64,000 bases of DNA from Ignavibacteria bacterium. GTDB taxonomy: Bacteria > Bacteroidota > Ignavibacteria > Kapaibacteriales > Kapaibacteriaceae. Below are positions 56,593 to 64,000 of the stretch, in pieces (positions within the stretch are counted from its first letter, which is position 1; each line of letters starts with the position of its first letter). Where the stretch lies: positions 3,359-67,358 of the forward strand of contig JBKCLO010000193.1 of assembly GCA_046300675.1 (NCBI GenBank), in the 5' to 3' direction. Both the position numbers and the translations under genes were made by a program. Under the pieces are notes generated by a model that saw only the letters and a list, made by a program, of their open reading frames with translations, was not told where the DNA came from and searched no databases.

Positions 56593-57567
56593 ATGGAACG
56601 CGGACCAATCTCACAGTTCATCGAAAAGAACTATCTCCACTTCAATGCAGCGGCTCTCGTAGACGCGGCAAAGGGCTACGAGGCGCATCTTGCTGCCGAC
56701 GGTAAGATGATGATCACGCTTGCCGGAGCGATGAGTACAGCAGAGCTGGGCATTTCTCTGGCAGAGATGATCCGTCAGGACAAGGTCCAGATCATCTCGT
56801 GCACAGGTGCCAACCTAGAGGAAGACATCATGAACCTTGTAGCGCACTCGCACTACAAGCGCGTGCCGAATTACCGCGACCTTTCTCCAAAGGACGAATG
56901 GGAGCTTCTTGAAGGGGGCTATAATCGCGTCACCGATACATGTATTCCGGAAGAAGAAGCATTTCGCAGGATCCAAAAGCACATCCATAAGCAGTGGAAA
57001 AATGCCGAAGATGCTGGTGAGCGCTACTTCCCACACGAGTACATGTATAGAATGCTTCTCAGCGGCGAGATGGAGCAGTACTACGAGATCGATCCAAAGA
57101 ACTCATGGATGCTGGCAGCTGCAGAAAAGAATCTGCCGATCATCGTGCCGGGGTGGGAAGACTCAACAATGGGCAACATCTTTGCATCATACTGTATCAA
57201 GGGCGAGCTAACGTCCACAACGATGAAGAGCGGCATCGATTATATGATGTGGCTCTCAGACTGGTATCGTCAGAACTCTTCGGGTAAGGGTGTTGGATTT
57301 TTCCAGATTGGCGGCGGTATCGCGGGTGATTTCCCGATATGTGTCGTGCCAATGATGTATCAGGATCTTGAATGGCACGACGTACCATTCTGGTCGTACT
57401 TCTGTCAGATCTCCGACAGCACAACGTCCTACGGATCATATTCGGGAGCTGTGCCGAATGAAAAGATCACATGGGGAAAGCTGGATATCGACACGCCGAA
57501 GTTCATCATCGAGTCAGACGCAACCATCGTTGCGCCGCTCATCTTTGCGTGGTTGCTTAAGCAGTAA
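56593..57567 (+). CDS. deoxyhypusine synthase family protein (homospermidine-synthase-like)
   Basis: GPISQFIEKNYLHFNAAALVDAA, MMITLAGAMSTAELG, ISCTGANLEEDIMNLVAH and GGGIAGDFP match the bacterial DHS-like family as I recall it. Confidence 0.8.
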   Translation: MERGPISQFIEKNYLHFNAAALVDAAKGYEAHLAADGKMMITLAGAMSTAELGISLAEMIRQDKVQIISCTGANLEEDIMNLVAHSHYKRVPNYRDLSPKDEWELLEGGYNRVTDTCIPEEEAFRRIQKHIHKQWKNAEDAGERYFPHEYMYRMLLSGEMEQYYEIDPKNSWMLAAAEKNLPIIVPGWEDSTMGNIFASYCIKGELTSTTMKSGIDYMMWLSDWYRQNSSGKGVGFFQIGGGIAGDFPICVVPMMYQDLEWHDVPFWSYFCQISDSTTSYGSYSGAVPNEKITWGKLDIDTPKFIIESDATIVAPLIFAWLLKQ

Positions 57568-57574
57568 AGCCTAT

Positions 57575-58729
57575 TTAGGGTGCTACGAAGACAACTCTCG
57601 AGTGCACGCCGTTAAAGACGGCATACACACCCTGGAGGAGTCCGTCGATGCGCGAGGCATTGGCGCTCTCGGCAACTGTGTTTACAAGCGTGCCGTCGAT
57701 TGCATAGATATAGGTAGCGCTTGTTGACGGGGGTATAGTAATAGCACCTTCATGTGATGAAGCCCCACCGAAGCTATCAGCGTCATCAACTGATGCTGGA
57801 ACATCACCCAAGACCATGTCGACATAAACAGGCATGTGGTCCGAGGCGCATTTCAGAGCCGCAACCATCTCTGCGCCGTACTTCTTATTGGCTGGTACAT
57901 CAATGCCGCTATTGAGACGCGGCAGACCGTCGTTGCCCACATGCGTATACGTGCTGTTGATCACGCGCGGGGCCAGCTCGGTGGTTGGCAAAATATAATC
58001 GAACCGGTCATCGACTCCTCCGTCGACACCGCCACCGCAACCACTGATTGTTGTGGCCCGTGTGCACTGCGAGTAGTATGAGGCGTACGCGGCGTCGTTG
58101 CGTCGCCATGCGGTTCCAAGCGGATCTACGAAGCTGCGCTTGGCTGTTGGGCCGACCAGTGCCTGCAGTGCAGGCTCGCTTGATGAGTAAATGTTGAAGT
58201 CTCCGCAAACAAGTACGAATCGCTTTGACGATATCGTTGAGACAAGGGCACTTATCTCGCGTGCGCGCTGCTGCATGTCCGCCGAGTTGTCTTGTGCTTT
58301 CAGGTGGAGGGAATAGACGACAAGTGTGTCGCTAGATGTCGGATTGGCAGAGCGAAGCGCCAGTGTTGTTTCAAAAATGTCGCGCAGTTCGGTTGGGATC
58401 CTGCGGGTGCCTACGAGATCGAACTTCTCTTGATTATAGACCACCATATTGTCTGTGTCTGGCCCATCAGAGTAGGGTGTGGCAGCAAATGACGCCCACG
58501 TAAGCACTTCACTCACGAAGCGCGGCCCAGCCGTATTGTCTGCCACTTCCTGATTCACCAAGATGTCTGGACGTATTGAATCCATGATCATCTTGAACTG
58601 CGGGATGCGGCCGTCTTCATTGTCTTGAGAAAACTTCAAGATGTTATAGGTGCAGACCCGGATGGTGTCGGCGGCACGTATGGGACTGCCAAGTGCACAC
58701 ATCAGTATGCAGGCAAGAAGAATCTTCAT
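57575..58729 (-). CDS. secreted endonuclease/exonuclease/phosphatase (EEP) family protein with a T9SS-type C-terminal domain
   Basis: Signal peptide MKILLACILMCALGSPIRA. EEP motifs VCTYNILKF, LVNQEV, VCGDFN and SDHMPVYVD. C-terminal ~70 aa ...YIYAIDGTLVNTVAES...LLQGVYAVFNGVHSRVVFVAP. Confidence 0.75.
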   Translation of the reverse strand: MKILLACILMCALGSPIRAADTIRVCTYNILKFSQDNEDGRIPQFKMIMDSIRPDILVNQEVADNTAGPRFVSEVLTWASFAATPYSDGPDTDNMVVYNQEKFDLVGTRRIPTELRDIFETTLALRSANPTSSDTLVVYSLHLKAQDNSADMQQRAREISALVSTISSKRFVLVCGDFNIYSSSEPALQALVGPTAKRSFVDPLGTAWRRNDAAYASYYSQCTRATTISGCGGGVDGGVDDRFDYILPTTELAPRVINSTYTHVGNDGLPRLNSGIDVPANKKYGAEMVAALKCASDHMPVYVDMVLGDVPASVDDADSFGGASSHEGAITIPPSTSATYIYAIDGTLVNTVAESANASRIDGLLQGVYAVFNGVHSRVVFVAP

Positions 58730-58766
58730 GCCGCAAGTTATGCAATCGTAATGATGACCGCAGATG

Positions 58767-60689
58767 CTAATAGGTGCCTGAGACTGCGCGCGAGGTAAAT
58801 GGCTCTCGTGGATGACGCGGCAATTTTTGCGGTGGCTGCATGCGTAAAGTGTCCGTCAATGCCTTCATAAACGCAACGATGTCATCCTGCTCTCGGTCGT
58901 TGAGATCCAGCTTGGAAAATGGCAGTGTTTGGAATTGAAGATCAAGCCCAATGCCGTTGCCCCCGCCACGGACATAGAAATCAACAACGTCTGCAAGAGT
59001 ACTATAAGCCCCGTTGTGAAAATAAGGGGCTGTAAGGGCCACATTGCGGACAGTTGGAGTTTTAAATGACCCGACGTAGATGGCAGACTGCTCGCGGAGT
59101 ATTCCGCCTGCTCGTCCGATATCAGGATCTATGACGGCATGTTCTATAGCCTTATGCTGAGGTACTCCAATGATCTCAGATTCAGACTCAACAAATGCCG
59201 GCGGCACATAACCAGAAAATGTTGGCGGGAAGTGGCACGTAGCACAGAGGGCCTTACCCATAAACAGATTCATTCCATGCCGCTCTTGTGCGGTCAACAC
59301 AGCACTCTCTCCCCTAAGATATCGATCAACGCGCGAGTTCATTGAAACAAGGGACGTCAGAAATGCGCTGATGGCCAGGTTGACATTTGTCGATGAAACG
59401 GACGCCTTACCCTGCGAAGCAAAGGCACGCTCAAATAACGTCACGTATTCATCAGACTCCTGAATTCTACCAACGACATCAAGAAGTGTTGAATTGAACT
59501 CCTGTGTGTCGGTGATAACGTGAGAAATCACATCACTCAGTCGCATTGCACGGAAGTCATAGAAGAAGCGCCGGCTGAAGACGGCATTGACAATTGTTGG
59601 AGCATTACGTCGTATAAAACTTGTTTTGTCGTACGCTCTCGACGTCTTGTATCCATCTGTAAAGTTCATGCTTGGAACATGACAAGAGGCACAGGCACGC
59701 TCTCCATTGTGTGATAGAATCGGGTCGAAGAATAGTATTCTACCTAGGTCTACGATGTCTGTTGTGATTGCCTTGTAGTGCAGTCCACTCGTAGCAGCAG
59801 CGTTGAAGAACGACTCAGAGAACATACTCTGTGCCTTTGGGTTAAGAACGGGTTGTGCCGGACTGATTTCAGTGCTGTACTCGATACCAAGTTCTGAATG
59901 AGCTAGGCCGATCTCACGAAAGATGGGCTCGAGATGATTGCGAATGAGCTCGACTTTGTCAAGTGTTGAGTCGGGGATAAGACAAATCGAGTCACGCAAA
60001 ACACGCAACTGTTGCTGTGCTGCCATTATGTGCTTGCGGGCACGTGTGTCATCGCCAAAAAGGTCGAGAAGTGCTGAAGTTGTCTGCGCCCATGAAGTAT
60101 ACTCCTGCAGCGTGCTTCCGGTTCCCGGCCGATCGAACCCAGTTATGCCCATTGTAGTGAATCGAACAACACCACTACGACAGGCCTCAAGAATCATCCT
60201 GTCCGTCCAATACGTATTGAGTGCTATCGCCGAGGCTTGGAGAAGTCGTGACTGAAGCTGGACGAGCTCCGGACGCAGTTTCGCTATGTCAATCTCGCTG
60301 CCTCCTGCCCATTCACCAATCTGCTCGTCAATTACCTGGAAGCCCTGAGGCTCCAATACATCCACAAACTGCGACTTCACATCCAGTTTGGGTAGTGGCG
60401 CACCATTGAGAAACTGCGTCACATATGTTGGATCAACGTATTCAATGAGAAAATCAACAGACCGAAAACCTTTGCGCACTCGCTCGTAACGGAGTCGGAC
60501 TTCCGCGTACCCTGCTTGCTGGTCAAGCGATTGCATCAGCGTGTCGACTTCCCTCCGGAGACTGTCTGCTGCAGACGAAATGATGCTGTGAACCTGTTCG
60601 TGCCGCTTAGACTCGGAAGGTTGTTGAACAAAGCGAAATGCAGATACGACACTTAAAAGTGTTAGTGGTATGAGTGCAAAGAGTTTCAT
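58767..60689 (-). CDS. di-haem cytochrome c peroxidase / MauG-family protein with a ~300-aa N-terminal extension
   Basis: Two CxxCH motifs (CASCHVP, CATCHFPP) in a CCP-like C-terminal half (FKTPTVRNVALTAPYFHNGAY). The helical N-terminal half is unassigned. Signal peptide present. Confidence 0.8.
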   Translation of the reverse strand: MKLFALIPLTLLSVVSAFRFVQQPSESKRHEQVHSIISSAADSLRREVDTLMQSLDQQAGYAEVRLRYERVRKGFRSVDFLIEYVDPTYVTQFLNGAPLPKLDVKSQFVDVLEPQGFQVIDEQIGEWAGGSEIDIAKLRPELVQLQSRLLQASAIALNTYWTDRMILEACRSGVVRFTTMGITGFDRPGTGSTLQEYTSWAQTTSALLDLFGDDTRARKHIMAAQQQLRVLRDSICLIPDSTLDKVELIRNHLEPIFREIGLAHSELGIEYSTEISPAQPVLNPKAQSMFSESFFNAAATSGLHYKAITTDIVDLGRILFFDPILSHNGERACASCHVPSMNFTDGYKTSRAYDKTSFIRRNAPTIVNAVFSRRFFYDFRAMRLSDVISHVITDTQEFNSTLLDVVGRIQESDEYVTLFERAFASQGKASVSSTNVNLAISAFLTSLVSMNSRVDRYLRGESAVLTAQERHGMNLFMGKALCATCHFPPTFSGYVPPAFVESESEIIGVPQHKAIEHAVIDPDIGRAGGILREQSAIYVGSFKTPTVRNVALTAPYFHNGAYSTLADVVDFYVRGGGNGIGLDLQFQTLPFSKLDLNDREQDDIVAFMKALTDTLRMQPPQKLPRHPREPFTSRAVSGTY

Positions 60690-60716
60690 AGCGTTAGGTG
60701 CATTGTTTGGGTTGTA

Positions 60717-60750
60717 CCAAAAGGGGACCGAGTGTAATCACTCGATCCCC
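60717..60750 (-). terminator. rho-independent terminator (minus strand) after the PhoX-like gene
   Basis: On the minus strand: ggggatcgagtg-atta-cactcggtcccc followed by ttttgg. It sits 33 nt after the stop at 60783-60785. Confidence 0.6.
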
Positions 60751-60782
60751 CTTGATGAATGTCGGCGTGTTAGGTATTGCTA

Positions 60783-62630
60783 TTAGCGCTGCACAGTAAC
60801 TTGACGTGTATCGCCATTTGCAAAACGAACATAGTAGGTGCCTTGCGCCAGATCACTGATGTCCATCGATGACGCATTGCGAATTACGCGAACCCGCTCG
60901 CCAACGGCATCGTAAAGAGCAGCATCAGTAGCTACATCAAAGTTCAGGCTTGATGACGTTGGGTTCGGGAACACCCGAATGCCCGACGTCGTTGACTCCT
61001 TGTCGTCATCCTGCTCAATGCTGCTTATTAGCTGCTTCATGCCGGTGATGGCAAATGTGAGCGAATTCTTGGCAGCCGCATCGCCGATCGTTGCTGCATC
61101 TGGGTGCTGAGAATTGAGCAGAACCACATTGCCGTCGTCAAAAGAGCAGAATCCTGTGATCTCTGATCCGTACGGCGAGATTGCAAGGCGATAGAGATTA
61201 TCAATCGTAGCAGGCTTTGACATATCGAGCAGCCATGCCTCACAGTTTGTGCCGCGCATGCCGGTGTTCGGCATACGGCCCATACTTACGCCGTTGAGGT
61301 CTTCTTCGATAACCATGTATGTCTTGCCGTTGATGTACAAGAATCCAATACCATCTGGGTTTGAGAGATGTTTTTCAGGATACTTGCCCGGTACTGACTG
61401 TGCATCTGTGACGAATGGACCACCTTCGATGTATGTCTTGACAGAATTGTCGCTTGGGTCGAACACCAAAACGCGTCCGTAGTAATCCCAGTATGCTGCG
61501 TTGTCAATCGTTGTGCCCTGCTCCTTGGCGCGATCATATGTATGCTGCGGCAATGACCAGCCATCTGTAAGCGCTGCTGCATAGCGCGCACCTGGCTTAT
61601 CGTTTCCAGTTTCGGTGATGTAGATCTTGCCGTCTGTCTTGTTGAGCTGACCCCACTCAAGGCGTGTAAATCCAGTGATGCCTTGTTGCTTTGCCCATGC
61701 ATGAGGTGCTACCATGATATCCCAGTTCGCTACTGGATCGTTCGGAACCTCAACCCATGTGCCCGAGTACTGACCACTGTTCTGCTTGTAGAAGTAAAGC
61801 TTACCCTTCGTAAAGTCTCCTGGTTGTTCTGCCACAAACTTTGTGAAGAGCGACTTGCCGGCATCTCCATCCTCAAAAAGGTAAACTGTCTTTTGATCGT
61901 CCATGATAACGCCTGCTTCAAAGCCTTGGCGACCCCAGTTGTACTGCTTGCGAACACCTTTGGCATTGACTGGGTCGATCTCTACCATCCAGTTGAGATT
62001 CTCATAGCGCTTGATCTTCTTGCCGTCCAAACCTGGGAATCCAGATGGCGTCATTTTGCCGATTTCGAAATCTGTTGTGTCAAGAAAACCCTTGCCGCTC
62101 GCGTTAATGCCTGCGTTGCTGGTCTGATACCATTCTTCGGCGGTCCAAACGCGATTCTGCCACGAGATACCACCGCAGTTCATTCCTGTTTCGCCTACGG
62201 TGTTCTTGAAATCAACATTGAAGAACTTACCCTTGCGTCCGTCTGCAAGTGTTTGCTCAAGTACTTCGACCGTTCCGTCTGGCTTCTTGCCCAGCTTGAA
62301 CATCGTCATGCCGCCACCGTCACCGATCTTAGCATTTGCTTCAATCATCTCGTGATTGATGATTGCATAGCCAAGCGAGTTGCCAGAAGGATCTGAGGCA
62401 TAGCCGATATAGTCGTGCCACTGCTTAGCAGCTGCTTTGCCCGAACTTGTCTCAACAGAATCCACACCACCGACGAAGATGTTTTGGTATTTGAGTGGTG
62501 ATGGTGGAACAACTACTCGTCCCATCAGATACGGGACCATCGTTACAGGCTCTATGCGAACCGGGAAATCCTGCGCTGATACGGTGGCCAGCGCGAGGCA
62601 ACCGATAGCGGCAGTGCGTAGAAAGTTCAT
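60783..62630 (-). CDS. PhoX-like (DUF839) beta-propeller protein with a T9SS C-terminal sorting domain
   Basis: Signal peptide MNFLRTAAIGCLALATVSAQ. DUF839/PhoX-type motifs AIINHEM, MNCGGISWQNRVWTAEEW and LSNPDGIGF...VIEEDLNG. Por tail IRVFPNPTSSSLNF...GTYYVRFANGDTRQVTVQR. Confidence 0.65.
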   Translation of the reverse strand: MNFLRTAAIGCLALATVSAQDFPVRIEPVTMVPYLMGRVVVPPSPLKYQNIFVGGVDSVETSSGKAAAKQWHDYIGYASDPSGNSLGYAIINHEMIEANAKIGDGGGMTMFKLGKKPDGTVEVLEQTLADGRKGKFFNVDFKNTVGETGMNCGGISWQNRVWTAEEWYQTSNAGINASGKGFLDTTDFEIGKMTPSGFPGLDGKKIKRYENLNWMVEIDPVNAKGVRKQYNWGRQGFEAGVIMDDQKTVYLFEDGDAGKSLFTKFVAEQPGDFTKGKLYFYKQNSGQYSGTWVEVPNDPVANWDIMVAPHAWAKQQGITGFTRLEWGQLNKTDGKIYITETGNDKPGARYAAALTDGWSLPQHTYDRAKEQGTTIDNAAYWDYYGRVLVFDPSDNSVKTYIEGGPFVTDAQSVPGKYPEKHLSNPDGIGFLYINGKTYMVIEEDLNGVSMGRMPNTGMRGTNCEAWLLDMSKPATIDNLYRLAISPYGSEITGFCSFDDGNVVLLNSQHPDAATIGDAAAKNSLTFAITGMKQLISSIEQDDDKESTTSGIRVFPNPTSSSLNFDVATDAALYDAVGERVRVIRNASSMDISDLAQGTYYVRFANGDTRQVTVQR

Positions 62631-62744
62631 GAGAAAACCCCAATGAAAAGTGAAAAAGTAGATTCTCGTGTGCAGTGATGCGCGAACCTACCGTTGGCCT
62701 TTCACCAGAGTGTTACAGAAGAGTTAGCAGTTTGAAACTGCGTG

Positions 62745-63269
62745 TTAAGAAATCGTATCCATTACCTCAACACCACGTCCATGCAGTGCTGTGCGAGCCC
62801 CTTGCATATCCATTAGCGTAACTACAACGCGTTTGCCGTTCTTGAGCGCTAGCTCCATGCCTTGTTTGCCGTTCCATACATAGCCCATACGGTTGCCGAG
62901 GTTCCATCGGATGCCCCAGCCGCCAAATTCTCCGAAGGGGCTTACCTTACGCAGGGTTATCGACTGTATATCAGACCACACAATGAGGCGTCCGCCACCG
63001 AGATGAAACGGGGGCATCTTGATGCGAATGCCTTCGTCAACTATCGTTACATGCAGGCGCGTAAACCACATCGTGAGAGCTATCGTGCCCGTGATCAAGA
63101 ACTGGACAAGGACAGGAATCCACGTGCTGGGATGTTGGAGGTCGTTCGCACCCAATTCGTACTCTACAAGAGTAACAAGTCCACTAGTGAACAGAATGGA
63201 GAACAGCATAACGCCGAGCACGACATAGAGCACTATTCGTGGTGGCTTTTGCACTTCGTGATGCGACAT
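62745..63269 (-). CDS. hypothetical membrane protein (2 TM + small soluble, PH-like C-terminal domain)
   Basis: Start at ATG 63269 (MSHHEVQKPPRIVLYVVLGVMLFSILF...). A second TM follows (WIPVLVQFLITGTIALTMWF). C-terminal ~100 aa contain the GEFGGWGIRW motif. The longer track ORF would overlap the divergent gene. Confidence 0.45.
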   Translation of the reverse strand: MSHHEVQKPPRIVLYVVLGVMLFSILFTSGLVTLVEYELGANDLQHPSTWIPVLVQFLITGTIALTMWFTRLHVTIVDEGIRIKMPPFHLGGGRLIVWSDIQSITLRKVSPFGEFGGWGIRWNLGNRMGYVWNGKQGMELALKNGKRVVVTLMDMQGARTALHGRGVEVMDTIS

Positions 63270-63285
63270 GGGGCTAATTTGCAAA

Positions 63286-64000
63286 ATGCTTTCAACACGT
63301 GATGTCGTCAGATTCTGGATTCCGCTTAGTCTTACGTGGCTTATGATGGCCATCGAGGGTCCGGTTGTGGCATCTGTCGTTGCCCGCCTGCCCAACGCTG
63401 AGCTCAATCTGGCTGCTCATGGCGTGGCCTTTGCGCTGGCGATGTTTATCGAGGCACCAGTGATCCACCTGCTGAGTACGTCTGTTGCACTTGCCCGTGA
63501 CTGGGCGTCGTTTACACAGTTGCGACGATTTACGCGCAAAGTAAATGCCGGGGTAACGGCTGGAATGTTGCTCCTCTGTATCCCGGCAGTCTTTGAGGCA
63601 ATTACCTCAACACTTATGGGTCTGCCAAGCGAAGTTTCATCACGCATGTATTGGGCAATCGTGGTGCTCGTGCCTTGGCCTGCAGCTATTGGATATAGGC
63701 GCTTGTACCAGGGGCTATTGATTCGCAACGGACACACCAAGGTGGTGGCCTATGGGACAATCGTGCGCATGCTTGTGGTAATCGTCAGTGCCGTTTCATA
63801 TTCGTTCACCGGACTCGAGGGTGTAATTGTTGGGGCATTCGCATTAACGACAGGGGTTTTTCTGGAAGCCGCGGCAGTTCGCGCTATGTGCCAGCCGATC
63901 ATTCGTGAGTATAAGGCGCGTCCACATCAAGATGGACTTCCCCTTACAAACGCCGAGATCTCGACGTTTTGGATGCCCCTTGCCGCAACGTCGCTGATCG
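63286..64000 (+). CDS. 5' part of a polytopic membrane transporter (MOP-superfamily, MATE/ANKH-like); truncated by the window end
   Basis: Open frame from ATG 63286 (or ATG 63268) to the window end: MLSTRDVVRFWIPLSLTWLMMAIEGPVVASVVARL... with at least 6 hydrophobic helices. A second FWMPLAATSLI box starts at the window edge. Absent from the ORF track because there is no stop in the window. Confidence 0.45.
   Translation, partial: MLSTRDVVRFWIPLSLTWLMMAIEGPVVASVVARLPNAELNLAAHGVAFALAMFIEAPVIHLLSTSVALARDWASFTQLRRFTRKVNAGVTAGMLLLCIPAVFEAITSTLMGLPSEVSSRMYWAIVVLVPWPAAIGYRRLYQGLLIRNGHTKVVAYGTIVRMLVVIVSAVSYSFTGLEGVIVGAFALTTGVFLEAAAVRAMCQPIIREYKARPHQDGLPLTNAEISTFWMPLAATSLI

Noticed and set aside
63417-63740. 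107-aa minus-strand track ORF near the window end.
   Set aside because: It is antisense to the long open plus-strand frame encoding a polytopic membrane protein, and its translation has no membrane or domain features.

Overview
This 64-kb window looks like a densely coded chromosomal core region, with about 1.5 kb non-coding by my tally. It most likely comes from a member of the FCB superphylum (Bacteroidota / Ignavibacteriota / Chlorobi-like). Three things support that placement. Six proteins end in T9SS (Por) C-terminal sorting domains. There is a CarboxypepD_reg-type TonB-dependent receptor. TAnnTTTG promoter-like motifs sit upstream of several operons. I call about 50 CDS. I see no rRNA, tRNA, CRISPR array, transposase, integrase or recognisable defence genes. 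Two long operons dominate. (1) A minus-strand run of about 9 kb: trmB-aat-OmpA/TolB-like-mrcA-FAH-lipoprotein-lipoprotein-kmo (16259 down to 7142), with four ATGA-type overlaps. (2) The classic plus-strand rimP-nusA-infB-rbfA-truB-ribF-rpsO-pnp block (40675-50607). Other housekeeping genes are ctp, ldcA, secD, secF, purA, ppx/gppA, htrA, kup, gcdH, prolyl oligopeptidase, dapB, an AI-2E transporter and a deoxyhypusine-synthase-like gene. I found no clear-cut new system. The best candidates for undescribed biology are the following. (a) A TonB-dependent receptor coupled to a 1335-aa, internally duplicated T9SS surface protein whose large conserved module I cannot assign (26038-32896). (b) A PDZ-like domain of about 92 aa inserted into an extracytoplasmic loop of the Kup K+ transporter. 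(c) Two uncharacterised lipoproteins translationally coupled to an FAH-family enzyme, upstream of an orphan kynurenine 3-monooxygenase. (d) An orphan ABC-ATPase-like protein with all catalytic motifs degenerate. (e) An Arg/Gly/Asp-repeat tail on PNPase. (f) A polyglycine-rich T9SS protein. All functional calls rest on motif recognition by eye, since no searches could be run. Several start codons were moved relative to the ORF track, and the reason is given in each case.
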